Origin: Prevotella sp.
Lineage (GTDB): Bacteria; Bacteroidota; Bacteroidia; Bacteroidales; Bacteroidaceae
NCBI GenBank assembly: GCA_015060485.1
Contig: SUYI01000007.1
Span: forward strand, 39,239-103,238
Length of the DNA stretch: 64,000 nt
Direction of reading: 5' to 3'
The notes under the pieces are model-generated. The model was not told the DNA's origin. It did no database searches and was given only the letters and a program-made list of their open reading frames with translations. Positions 53,990 through 63,335 of this stretch are shown here, in pieces. The first letter of the stretch is position 1. The number at the start of each line of letters is the position of its first letter. The position numbers and the translations under genes are program-made.

Positions 53990-55534
53990 ATGCCTGAACA
54001 GAATAATAATACCAGCAGTTCACGCAGGCGCAGACAGCAGCCGGTGGACAATACCTATGCCCACGTACAGCCGCAAGCTACCGAGATAGAGCGTGCAGTG
54101 CTGGGAGCACTGATGATTGACAAGGATGCCTATGCCGTTGTGTGCGAAATGCTCTATCCGGAGAGTTTCTATGAACCCCGCAATCAGAAAATCTATACAG
54201 CCATTCGTGATTTGTCGATGCACGAATTGCCTGTCGACGTATGGACCGTCACCGAACAGTTGGCCAAGCAGGGCGATTTGGAAGATGTCGGTGGTCCTGG
54301 CTATGTGACAGAATTGTCGTCACGTGTCGCTTCGTCGGCCAATATCGAATATCATGCCCGTATCATTGCCCAAAAGTCGCTGGCGCGCCAGTTGATTTCC
54401 TTCTCGAGCAATATTCAGACGAAAGCCTTCGACGAAACGGTCGATGTGGACGATTTGATGCAGGAGGCTGAGGGCTCGCTCTTTGAGCTGGGGCAGCGTA
54501 ACATGAAGAAAGACTACACGCAGATTGACCCGGTTATCAAGAATGCTCTGGAAGTTATCCAGAAGGCTGCTGCCAATAAGGACGGCTTGACGGGTGTGCC
54601 TACCGGCTATCATAAGCTTGACGATATCACGTCGGGCTGGCAGGCTTCCGATTTGGTGATTATCGCCGGTCGTCCTGCAATGGGTAAGACGTCGTTTGCT
54701 TTGTCGATGGCCAAGAATATTGCTGCTGACTATAATGTGCCGATGGCTTTCTTCTCGCTTGAAATGTCGAACGTCCAGCTGGTGAACCGTCTGGTTTCCA
54801 ATGTCTGCGAGATTCAGGGTTCGAAAATCCTGAACGGACAGTTGCATCCCGATGAGTGGGACCGCCTGGATAAACGTATCAATAACCTGATTGGTGCTCC
54901 GCTTTATATTGATGACACCCCGGGACTTTCTGTTTTTGAGTTGCGTACCAAGGCACGTCGTTTGGTTCGTGAGCATGGTGTGAAAATTATCATGATCGAC
55001 TACCTGCAGCTGATGAATGCCAATGGCATGCGTTTTTCCTCCCGTCAAGAAGAGGTGTCGACCATCTCCCGGTCCTTGAAGGGGCTCGCTAAGGAGTTGG
55101 ATATCCCTATACTGGCTTTGTCGCAGTTGAATCGTGGCGTAGAATCTCGAGAGGGTCTTGAGGGCAAGCGCCCTCAGCTTTCTGACCTGCGTGAATCAGG
55201 AGCTATCGAGCAGGATGCCGATATGGTGCTGTTCGTGCACCGTCCGGAATACTATCACATCTATCAAGACGATAGCGGTCGCGACCTGCATGGTATGGCG
55301 CAGATCATCATCGCCAAGCATCGTAAGGGTGCAACAGGCGACGTGTTACTTACCTTCCGCGGTGAGTATACGCGTTTTGAAAATCCAGAGGATGGCCGCC
55401 TGACTCGAAAGGGTGGCAATGGGGGTGGTCCCAATGGAGAAATCTTGGGCAGTAAAGTCAATGGCGACCAACAGCCAGGAAGCAGTGAGTCGCCATTCGG
55501 ATATGGGTCGCAAGATGAGGAAGCGCCGTTCTAG
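53990..55534 (+). CDS. dnaB: replicative DNA helicase DnaB
   Basis: 514 aa. AERAVLGALM-like start, GRPAMGKTSF Walker A, IMIDYLQLM and SQLNR. Confidence 0.9.
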   Translation: MPEQNNNTSSSRRRRQQPVDNTYAHVQPQATEIERAVLGALMIDKDAYAVVCEMLYPESFYEPRNQKIYTAIRDLSMHELPVDVWTVTEQLAKQGDLEDVGGPGYVTELSSRVASSANIEYHARIIAQKSLARQLISFSSNIQTKAFDETVDVDDLMQEAEGSLFELGQRNMKKDYTQIDPVIKNALEVIQKAAANKDGLTGVPTGYHKLDDITSGWQASDLVIIAGRPAMGKTSFALSMAKNIAADYNVPMAFFSLEMSNVQLVNRLVSNVCEIQGSKILNGQLHPDEWDRLDKRINNLIGAPLYIDDTPGLSVFELRTKARRLVREHGVKIIMIDYLQLMNANGMRFSSRQEEVSTISRSLKGLAKELDIPILALSQLNRGVESREGLEGKRPQLSDLRESGAIEQDADMVLFVHRPEYYHIYQDDSGRDLHGMAQIIIAKHRKGATGDVLLTFRGEYTRFENPEDGRLTRKGGNGGGPNGEILGSKVNGDQQPGSSESPFGYGSQDEEAPF

Positions 55535-55567
55535 GACATCCTAGAAACTCTTAGGATTTCCTCGTCT

Positions 55568-57166
55568 TTACTTCGAATATTTATCGATAAACGTCTGGGC
55601 TTGGTCATTACCAAGCTCTTTCGCTTTCTGCAGGTTCTTCATACCCTCCTCTTTCTGCCCTTTCTGACACTGGGCAATGCCTGCCATCAGATAGCCGTCG
55701 CTACCCTCCGGGTCAAGGCGCATACATTCTGTGGCACTCTCCAGAGCCTGGTCGATGAGGTTTACTCGTAACTCATAACTTGCCTTCTCGGCCCATAATT
55801 CAGGATTGCCGGGTATTAGCGTAACCAGGTCATTCATATCGTTGATAGCCTGCTGGAAACGTCGGGTCTCCATCGACAGCTGCGCACGAATCCTTAGGTA
55901 GGGTGCTACAGTCTTGGTATATGGTTTGGTAAATTGATTCACGGCACTGTCCATCAGTACTATAGCAGCCTTCTTGTCGTTGGCCTGTAGTTTACATTGT
56001 GAGGCGGCATAGTACATTTCTGAAGCCTGCAGGTCGCTCTTGGTCAGCTCCAGATAGATGTTGCAGGCCTCATCGAATTTCTGCTGAGCATACAAAATCT
56101 GAGCCTGTTGCTGGCGATAGACGGGCTGTGGGTTGACAGCATAAGCCTCTTTCGACTCCTCCAAGGCACGCTCCAGACTCCATGCTTCATAGGGCTGGTT
56201 GTCTTCCGCGATGGCTTTCTGGAAAATCATCTGTGCGAACTGATAGTGTGCATCGTCTTTCTTCTCAGCAACCTTGATAGCCTGGCGCATGTCGGAATCG
56301 GCACTATCAAATTGACCTTCGCTGGCCGACAGGCGGGCCCGGTAAACATAGCCGTCCGTTGCATAGGGGAACTTCGCGATGAAGCGGTTGATGTAGTCAT
56401 TATACTCGCTGACATTCATTACTGATGCAGCGATATAAAGCGACAGCACAGCATCGTCATAGTTGTTTGGCAATGCTTTCGCAATCTGTGTGGAACGGAG
56501 CGCTATATCATTGAAACTCAGTCCGGTAGCCTTGATGTCGACTGCAAAGTTGGCTCCGACGGCATAGGTGGTTTCTCCTTGTCCTCCAACAGCAGACTGT
56601 AGCATTCCGATTACCTCGCCAGCTTCGTTCAGGATGGGGCAGCCTGTATGTTGGTCGTCGGCTGTCATGTTGAGCGTATAATAGGTATATGTGTTCTGAA
56701 ACTGTTCTGCCTGTGTCACGCTGCCCTGCAGACAGGTTGGTGTTTTCTTGACGCTATAGGGCAACAGCCACAGCGACGTTCCTATGCTGGCTGCTGTCTG
56801 AGCCACCGTTAGTATCATGGGCTTTTTAACGCTAACCTGAAATTTTGCCACGTCGTACATGTCGTTGGCACCGATGATGTTTTCCACAGCCCATTCCTTG
56901 CCTTGATTGTCGATGACTACTGCGCGGTGGGCATTCTTAAACGGAGCAAAAGAACTGACAGCCTCGCCGTTTTCGCTGATGAAGAACCCGTTGCCACTGG
57001 CCAGCAGTTGCCCGTCAGCATCAAATGTTTTCAAGGTAAACACCGCACCAGCAGCTTTCTTGACCCACGCGGGGCTTTGTGCCGACAAAGGTAAAAAGGT
57101 TAAAAGGTAAAAGGGTAAAATAAAGATAGCCTGCCTTAGCCCCTGGGTTAATATTGTTCTTTTCAT
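55568..57166 (-). CDS. secreted trypsin-like (S1C-like) domain plus TPR repeat protein
   Basis: 532 aa. Signal peptide, N-terminal about 200 aa with a chymotrypsin-fold pattern (GNGFFISENGEAVS..., GCPILNEAGEVIGM). The C-terminus consists of TPR units. Confidence 0.65.
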   Translation of the reverse strand: MKRTILTQGLRQAIFILPFYLLTFLPLSAQSPAWVKKAAGAVFTLKTFDADGQLLASGNGFFISENGEAVSSFAPFKNAHRAVVIDNQGKEWAVENIIGANDMYDVAKFQVSVKKPMILTVAQTAASIGTSLWLLPYSVKKTPTCLQGSVTQAEQFQNTYTYYTLNMTADDQHTGCPILNEAGEVIGMLQSAVGGQGETTYAVGANFAVDIKATGLSFNDIALRSTQIAKALPNNYDDAVLSLYIAASVMNVSEYNDYINRFIAKFPYATDGYVYRARLSASEGQFDSADSDMRQAIKVAEKKDDAHYQFAQMIFQKAIAEDNQPYEAWSLERALEESKEAYAVNPQPVYRQQQAQILYAQQKFDEACNIYLELTKSDLQASEMYYAASQCKLQANDKKAAIVLMDSAVNQFTKPYTKTVAPYLRIRAQLSMETRRFQQAINDMNDLVTLIPGNPELWAEKASYELRVNLIDQALESATECMRLDPEGSDGYLMAGIAQCQKGQKEEGMKNLQKAKELGNDQAQTFIDKYSK

Positions 57167-57196
57167 ATTCTTAGTTTTCTTTACTTTTTTGCTTTT

Positions 57197-58861
57197 TTAT
57201 TCTTTTACTTTTAACAGTTGCTTTGCATTAGCAATAGCAGCTTCCGTCACGTCGCTTCCACTCAGCATCTGAGCAATTTCTCCGATGCGCTGTTGATCTG
57301 TCAGCTCCTGCATGTGACTGGTGGTACCTTGTGGCGTCTCTTCTTTCGACACACGATAGTGATGACTGCCTAACGCGGCTATCTGGGGTAGGTGAGTGAT
57401 GGAGATGACCTGACGTTCCTGGCGTCCCATCTCCTGCATCATCTCGGCCATCTTCTCAGCTATCTTACCGCTGACACCTGTGTCAATCTCGTCGAAGATG
57501 ATGGTGGGCAGCTTGACGGCTCCGCTGATCATGGCCTTCAGCGACAGCATTACACGGGCAATCTCACCGCCTGATGCCACGAGCGACACGGGTTGGAGTG
57601 GGGTGGAGGTGTTGGCAGAGAAGAGAAACGCTACCGAGTCCTGTCCGTTTTTGTTCAATTCACCTTGATGGACATGCGCCTCGAATCGCACGTTAGGCAT
57701 TCCTAAAGGAACCAGACGCTGTTGAAGCTGGTTCTCTATCTGGGTTGCCGCCTGTCGGCGCAGTTTCGTCAATTCGTTGGCCTGTTGTTGGCATTTGCCT
57801 GTCAGCTGTTGGCATTTCGCTTCCAGTTCTGCCAGGTGTTCGTCACTGTTCTCAATGCCTTCCAATTGCTGTTTCAGTTCGTCGCGTCGGCTGATAAGTT
57901 CGTCAATCGTATCTACGTGATACTTCTTCTCCAACTCATAGATGCGGTCCAGTCGGGCATTGATGCGGTCCAGTTCGCTGGGGTCGAAATCCGTCTGCTC
58001 CAGCATGTTGTTTACCTCGTCGGCAATGTCCTTCAGTTCGATGTAGCAGCTGTCCAGACGCTCAGCCAGTTCTGTCGAGTTGGGCATCACCTGACTGATG
58101 CCTTTCAGGGCGTGATAGGCCGTTCGCACCAAACTGACAGCGCCCGTTTCATCGGCAGCAAGGGTATTGTCGGCCTCGTAGAGTGCCGTCTTGATGTCCT
58201 CAGCATGTTCCATCGTCTCGCTTTGCTGTTCCAATTCCTCCTGCTCGCCCGCCATAAGTTTAGCACTCTCCAGCTCTTCAAATTGAAACTGCAGAAAGTC
58301 CTGATTCTGGCGGTTGCGTTCTATGTCGTCCTTCAATGCTTGCAATTGGCTTTTGGCCGTTTGTAATTGGCTGTAGGTCTGCTGATAGGCGGTCAGTTGT
58401 GGGGCGTCCTGAGCAATGATGTCCACTACGTTCAGCTGGAAGTCCTTCTTCTGCAACAGTAGGTTCTGGTGCTGTGAATGTATGTCAACTAATTGTTCTC
58501 CCAATTCTTTTAACATACTGAGACTCACAGGAGTATCGTTTATAAATGCACGGCTTTTTCCTGCTGCTGTCAACTCTCTTCGGACGATAGTGTCCTCAGC
58601 GTCGAACTCGATTTCGTTCTCTTCGAAAAACGCTTCCATCGAATAGTTTGACAGATTGAAGTGAGCTTCTATCACACACTTGTCGGCACCACTCTTGATA
58701 GATTTTGAGTCGGCACGCTGCCCTAATAACAGGCCGATTGCTCCAAGGATGATGCTCTTACCCGCACCAGTCTCTCCCGTTATCACCGAGAACCCCTGAT
58801 GCAGTTCAATATCCAACTCGTCAATCAGTGTAAAATTCTTAATATATAAGTGCTTCAGCAT
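57197..58861 (-). CDS. recN: DNA repair protein RecN
   Basis: 554 aa. MLKHLYIKNFTLI, GETGAGKSI Walker A, a long coiled coil and FDEIDTGVSG. Confidence 0.9.
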   Translation of the reverse strand: MLKHLYIKNFTLIDELDIELHQGFSVITGETGAGKSIILGAIGLLLGQRADSKSIKSGADKCVIEAHFNLSNYSMEAFFEENEIEFDAEDTIVRRELTAAGKSRAFINDTPVSLSMLKELGEQLVDIHSQHQNLLLQKKDFQLNVVDIIAQDAPQLTAYQQTYSQLQTAKSQLQALKDDIERNRQNQDFLQFQFEELESAKLMAGEQEELEQQSETMEHAEDIKTALYEADNTLAADETGAVSLVRTAYHALKGISQVMPNSTELAERLDSCYIELKDIADEVNNMLEQTDFDPSELDRINARLDRIYELEKKYHVDTIDELISRRDELKQQLEGIENSDEHLAELEAKCQQLTGKCQQQANELTKLRRQAATQIENQLQQRLVPLGMPNVRFEAHVHQGELNKNGQDSVAFLFSANTSTPLQPVSLVASGGEIARVMLSLKAMISGAVKLPTIIFDEIDTGVSGKIAEKMAEMMQEMGRQERQVISITHLPQIAALGSHHYRVSKEETPQGTTSHMQELTDQQRIGEIAQMLSGSDVTEAAIANAKQLLKVKE

Positions 58862-58928
58862 ATCCTAATGTTCAAAGTTTTTATACCTAAAGGTCAAAGC
58901 GACTAAGGTCGATTACAATGTTCAAAGC

Positions 58929-59843
58929 CTATTGCTTAATTTTTTCCCATGCGTCATTCTGCGAGGCGTTAATGTTGAATAACAGGTCGTAGACGGCCTC
59001 TTTCTCTTTTTGTGTACCTTTCCCCTTGTAGATGTTGGCCAGTTCGTCGCGCTTATAGTCCGTCCATATCTGGGGCAGTAGCGACAGCGGTTTCTCCTCG
59101 TGGGCCTTCTTCAGCTGCTCCAATGCTGTGGTGATGTTGGCCCTGCCACGTTCCGCATTCTGTGCCATTTCATCGAGCCCGGTGCGGTAGTAGTCATATT
59201 GCAACTGGCGGAATGGCTTCATGGCCTCGTCCAAATAGTCGTTTATAATGGCAAATCGATTACGGCTCGTCTCGAATGCCTTCCAACCCGTGAATCCCAG
59301 ATCCTGTGCATTGTTGGTCAGCTGCATGCAGCGTTGCAGCACTTCTGTTCCTCCAAGCGGCGAGAAAGAGTCCAGGTTCAGTCCGATAATCAAATACGCG
59401 TAGTACGCCATCAGTGCCGTCAGCTGGTTGTCAATGACCTCATCGTTGTAGTTCAGTTGGTCGAACTGTATGAAGTCGAAGTTGAAGTCGGCATCCTTAT
59501 TATTATAAAGGGTTGTGGTGTATGCCGAATTGTACACTGGACGGTTGGCCTGAATCATCGCCGTGCACGAGAAACGGTTTTCCGACTTGTCGTACTTCGT
59601 CACTGTCAGGTTGAAGTTGCAGACGATGCGCTCGTTCTTTTGGAACTGCAGCTCCGTCCACTGGCGGTCGTTCATCCACTGCTCCAATGTCTGCTGCAAG
59701 TTCTCGAATACGCTCTTGTCTGTACCCTCAATCTGCTGGCTGTTGATGTTGATCTTTACCTGCAGTTCCTGGGCGCTGACACTTCCTGCCAGCAGAATCC
59801 ATCCTGCCAGCAGCCACATGCGACTTGTTCTCTTCATGTCCAT
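58929..59843 (-). CDS. DUF4835-like secreted protein
   Basis: Track ORF to 59891. I use the ATG at 59843 (MDMKRTSRMWLLAGWILLAGSVSAQ). It sits upstream of recN, as in other Bacteroidales (from memory). Confidence 0.6.
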   Translation of the reverse strand: MDMKRTSRMWLLAGWILLAGSVSAQELQVKININSQQIEGTDKSVFENLQQTLEQWMNDRQWTELQFQKNERIVCNFNLTVTKYDKSENRFSCTAMIQANRPVYNSAYTTTLYNNKDADFNFDFIQFDQLNYNDEVIDNQLTALMAYYAYLIIGLNLDSFSPLGGTEVLQRCMQLTNNAQDLGFTGWKAFETSRNRFAIINDYLDEAMKPFRQLQYDYYRTGLDEMAQNAERGRANITTALEQLKKAHEEKPLSLLPQIWTDYKRDELANIYKGKGTQKEKEAVYDLLFNINASQNDAWEKIKQ

Positions 59844-59966
59844 AGTTCGACAATTTGGCGGCAAAGGTAAACAAAAAACTTGAAACAGCAAAGAAACTAC
59901 GACAACGTTTACGTTAATTTTTCTTCAAAAAACGAAGAATTATTCGTAGAAATGGATTCTTTTCGA

Positions 59967-59974
59967 TAACTTTG
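59967..59974 (+). promoter_or_regulatory. -7 box TAACTTTG for uxaC
   Basis: cgaTAACTTTGcaaac. Confidence 0.5.
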
Positions 59975-60015
59975 CAAACAATTCGACAAACACTTAAAAC
60001 AAATACATATAGAAA

Positions 60016-61422
60016 ATGAAAGCTTTTAACGACAAAAACTTCGTGTTGGAGACTGAGGTCGCCCAGGACTTGTATCACAATCATGCGGCTAAGATGCCCA
60101 TCATCGACTATCACTGTCACCTCATTCCCGAGATGGTGGCCAATGATCATAAGTTCAAAAGCATCACCGAGTTATGGTTGGGTGGTGACCACTATAAGTG
60201 GCGTGCCATGCGTACCAATGGTGTCGACGAGCGCTACTGCACTGGTAAGGATACTTCCGACTGGGAAAAGTTCGAGAAGTGGGCAGAAACCGTGCCCTAC
60301 ACCCTGCGCAATCCGCTGTACCACTGGACCCATTTGGAGCTGAAGACTGCCTTCGGTATCGAGAAACTCCTTTCGCCTAAGACTGCCCGTGAGATTTTTG
60401 ACGAGTGTAACGAGAAGCTGCAGAAGCCCGAATACAGTGCCCGTGGTCTGATGAAACACTACAACGTTGAGTGCGTCTGCACTACCGACGACCCTGTCGA
60501 CGACCTGCACAACCACATCGAGTACGCCCGTCACAAGGCTGCCGACGATCCCATCATGATTCCTGCCTGGCGTCCCGACAAGGCTATGAACATTGAGAAA
60601 CCCGAGTTCAGCGCCTATGTCAACCAGTTGGAGAATGTCAGTGGTGTTACCATTACCAAGTTTGCCGACATGCTTGACGCCCTGAAGAAGCGCCACGAGT
60701 TCTTCGAGGCTCAAGGTTCGAAGCTCTCTGATCATGGTATCGAGGAGTTCTACGACGAGGAGTACACCGATTCGCAGATTGAGACCATCTTTGAGAAGGC
60801 TATGCGTGGCCAGCAGTTGTCTAATATGGAAATACGCCAGTATAAGAATTGCTTCCTGACCATGATGGCCGAGATGGATGCTGAAGCCGGTTGGACGCAG
60901 CAGTTCCACTACGGCGCTATCCGCGACAACAATACCGCTATGTACAACCAGCTTGGTCCCGACACCGGTTTCGACTCTATCGGCGAGTTCAACACCGCCA
61001 AGGCTATGTCGAAGTTCCTTAATAAGCTTAACATGGAAGGCAAGCTCACGCGTACCATTCTTTATACGCTGAACCCCTGTGCCAACGAGGTGATTGCCAC
61101 CATGCTTGGCAACTTCCAGGGTGGTGAGCCAGGTAAGATCCAGTTCGGTTCAGGTTGGTGGTTCAACGACCAGATGGACGGCATGATTCGTCAGATGAAC
61201 GCCCTCTCAGTGCTCGGCCTGCTTTCACGTTTCGTGGGCATGCTTACCGACAGCCGTTCGTTCCTCTCATATCCCCGTCACGAGTACTTCCGTCGCATCC
61301 TCTGCAACTTGCTGGGCAACGATGTGGAGAAGGGCTTGCTGCCCGACGACCGCGAACTGCTGGGCCGCATGGTCGAGGATATCTCCTACAACAACGCTAA
61401 GAACTACTTTAAGTTCTATTAA
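60016..61422 (+). CDS. uxaC: glucuronate isomerase
   Basis: 468 aa. PIIDYHCHL, GGDHYKWRAMR and WWFND motifs. Confidence 0.9.
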   Translation: MKAFNDKNFVLETEVAQDLYHNHAAKMPIIDYHCHLIPEMVANDHKFKSITELWLGGDHYKWRAMRTNGVDERYCTGKDTSDWEKFEKWAETVPYTLRNPLYHWTHLELKTAFGIEKLLSPKTAREIFDECNEKLQKPEYSARGLMKHYNVECVCTTDDPVDDLHNHIEYARHKAADDPIMIPAWRPDKAMNIEKPEFSAYVNQLENVSGVTITKFADMLDALKKRHEFFEAQGSKLSDHGIEEFYDEEYTDSQIETIFEKAMRGQQLSNMEIRQYKNCFLTMMAEMDAEAGWTQQFHYGAIRDNNTAMYNQLGPDTGFDSIGEFNTAKAMSKFLNKLNMEGKLTRTILYTLNPCANEVIATMLGNFQGGEPGKIQFGSGWWFNDQMDGMIRQMNALSVLGLLSRFVGMLTDSRSFLSYPRHEYFRRILCNLLGNDVEKGLLPDDRELLGRMVEDISYNNAKNYFKFY

Positions 61423-61441
61423 GCGAGCGCAACTCCCAAAT

Positions 61442-61482
61442 ACATGTCTCCCGTCTTGCTTCTTGCTGGTCGGGAGACATGT
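61442..61482 (+). terminator. 12-bp hairpin acatgtctcccg / cgggagacatgt after uxaC
   Basis: Arms are 61442-61453 and 61471-61482. A/T-rich sequence follows. Confidence 0.55.
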
Positions 61483-61567
61483 GATATTGACTATCTTACC
61501 ATATATATAAAAAAAATAAAAGAGAACTCTTTAGAATCCTCTTTTATTTACGGTAATCTTTCTTCCC

Positions 61568-61592
61568 TGTAGTCGATAGGGGAATCGAACCC
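61568..61592 (-). other. tRNA 3'-end-like fragment (T-loop plus acceptor strand), candidate att core
   Basis: The minus strand reads GGGTTCGATTCCCCTATCGACTACA. There are no D or anticodon arms upstream, so this is not a complete tRNA. Confidence 0.45.
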
Positions 61593-61696
61593 ATGAAAAC
61601 AAAAGAAAACATTGGAAAGGTATATTATTGAATATCAATTAGATACAAATATTATTATTTTTCCTTTGTTTTACTAAAATGCCTATTTTTGCCGTT

Positions 61697-61729
61697 GGGG
61701 TGTTAAAATTAACACCTTATTAACACCCC
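61697..61729. promoter_or_regulatory. triple GTGTTAA/TTAACAC palindromic site array upstream of the integrase
   Basis: ggggtgttaa-aa-ttaacacc-ttat-taacacccc. This is a perfect palindrome plus a third copy, 18 nt before the integrase -7 box. Confidence 0.5.
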
Positions 61730-61746
61730 AAATCAAATAATTGTTG

Positions 61747-61754
61747 TACCTTTG
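61747..61754 (+). promoter_or_regulatory. -7 box TACCTTTG for the integrase
   Basis: ttgTACCTTTGcagacg. Confidence 0.5.
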
Positions 61755-61786
61755 CAGACGAAAAGGAAAACAAAAGAAAATTAATC

Positions 61787-62965
61787 ATGGCAGAAACCAG
61801 AGGGAAAAACAAAAATCTTATAGAAGCAGGCAATCCGCGCTTGCTGAAGAAGGAGGTAAAGGGCGGTACGGAGTACAGCCTCTATCTGGAGTATCAGTTA
61901 GGGTATAATCGTGACAGTGGTACTTCCATCCGTAAGAAGGAGACGCTTTCCCTATACCTAAAGGCGAATCCACGTACTCCTGCAGAACGTCAGCAGAACA
62001 AGGAAACACTTGCATTGGCAAAGAAGATCCAATTCGAGCGTTCCCAAGAACTACTTGACAACAAAGAGGGCTATCGTCTGAAAAAGAAGGATGCCATCAA
62101 TCTATTGGACTACTTCGAACAATTTGCCAAAACGGCAAATGTGGCAGATAGGTTAGTGCTTGTTGGTGCTTTGAACAACTTCAAGGACTTTTTGGGAAAG
62201 AAATATCCTCAATATGCCAACTGGATTGAAGCCAAGAATTTGAGTAGTGACATGATGCAGAAATTTGTCGACTACTTGGTTGAGAATCATAAAGGACAAG
62301 GTGCTGAGACGTATTATAAGCGGTTTAAGCGCATGATAAACTATGCCGTAGAAAATGAGGTGATAGCCAAGAGTCCCTGCAAAGGTATAACGACTCCAAA
62401 GACGGATGACATTCTGGCGAAGGATATTCTGAGTGAGCAGGAGTTGCAGAAGTTGTTTGCTACTCACTATGCAGGAGAGAATCCCGAAATAAGAAGGGCA
62501 TTTGCCATGACCTGCTTATCAGGCATCCGGCATTGTGATATTGTGACCCTTACCTATAGCGAAGTTGACTATAGCAATAAGATTCTGAAGTTCCGTCAGA
62601 ACAAGACAAAGAAGCATAGTAGCAGTAGCGGTGTAACCATACCTCTCAACGATACCTTATTAAATATAATAGGTGTAAAGGCTCCTGATGCCAAGGATGA
62701 TAATATCTTCCATATCCCATCAGACACCATGTGCCTGAAAGCCTTACGCCATTGGACTAAGAAGGCTGGTATCGATAAGCACATCACCTGGCATTGCGGC
62801 AGACATAGTTTCGGAACCCAGTTGCTGACCAACGGAGCGAATATCAAAGTTGTCAGTAGCCTTTTGGGGCACAGCAGCCTGAGATTTACAGAGATTTATG
62901 TCCGTGCAGTCGATGAAGAAAAGAAGAAGGCAATCGACAGTCTGCCAAGTATTGACATCATCTGA
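61787..62965 (+). CDS. tyrosine-type site-specific recombinase/integrase
   Basis: 392 aa. Bacteroidales-type N-terminal arm-binding region, a SAM-like core-binding domain and the catalytic residues in ...LSGIRHCDI..., HCGRHSFGT, LLGHSSLRFTEIYVR (R...H-x-x-R...Y). Confidence 0.85.
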   Translation: MAETRGKNKNLIEAGNPRLLKKEVKGGTEYSLYLEYQLGYNRDSGTSIRKKETLSLYLKANPRTPAERQQNKETLALAKKIQFERSQELLDNKEGYRLKKKDAINLLDYFEQFAKTANVADRLVLVGALNNFKDFLGKKYPQYANWIEAKNLSSDMMQKFVDYLVENHKGQGAETYYKRFKRMINYAVENEVIAKSPCKGITTPKTDDILAKDILSEQELQKLFATHYAGENPEIRRAFAMTCLSGIRHCDIVTLTYSEVDYSNKILKFRQNKTKKHSSSSGVTIPLNDTLLNIIGVKAPDAKDDNIFHIPSDTMCLKALRHWTKKAGIDKHITWHCGRHSFGTQLLTNGANIKVVSSLLGHSSLRFTEIYVRAVDEEKKKAIDSLPSIDII

Positions 62966-63111
62966 ACTATTCTTTTTCCCTTAAAGTCAATATCAACCTT
63001 AAGGGGAAAGAAGTTTAGTTTGCATTGCGGATATATAAGCAACGAAATGTACTAAACACAAATTTTTTATCTAATTCTTGGCAAAAGCATTGTTGATTCA
63101 GAAAAAAAACG

Positions 63112-63119
63112 TATCTTTG
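63112..63119 (+). promoter_or_regulatory. -7 box TATCTTTG for the small ORF/GNAT pair
   Basis: cgTATCTTTGcagcg. Confidence 0.45.
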
Positions 63120-63158
63120 CAGCGAAAAGATGTATAATAACGATTAGGAGGTAGAGTT

Positions 63159-63335
63159 ATGTTAGGAGTTAATTCACCAAGAGAGCCGATAACACCTGAG
63201 TTTTCAAAAGAGATTCGGGCCTCTCTCCGTCGCGCTATGACAGGTCAGTTGAACGAGAAAGAGAAGGCTGCACGGAAAAGGCTAAAGGATAGCGAGAAAT
63301 ATTGGTCAATGGAATGGAAGGGTCTGCATTTTTAG
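63159..63335 (+). CDS. 58-aa basic helical protein, putative antitoxin partner of the GNAT gene
   Basis: Hand translation gives MLGVNSPREPITPEFSKEIRASLRRAMTGQLNEKEKAARKRLKDSEKYWSMEWKGLHF*. It is preceded by AGGAGG (63146-63151) 7 nt from the ATG and overlaps the GNAT ATG by 22 nt. Confidence 0.4.
   Translation: MLGVNSPREPITPEFSKEIRASLRRAMTGQLNEKEKAARKRLKDSEKYWSMEWKGLHF

Noticed and set aside
61540-61650. Complete tRNA gene on the minus strand.
   Set aside because: Only the T-loop and acceptor 3' strand are recognisable. The about 50 nt upstream (ccaatgttttcttttgttttcat) cannot form D or anticodon arms.
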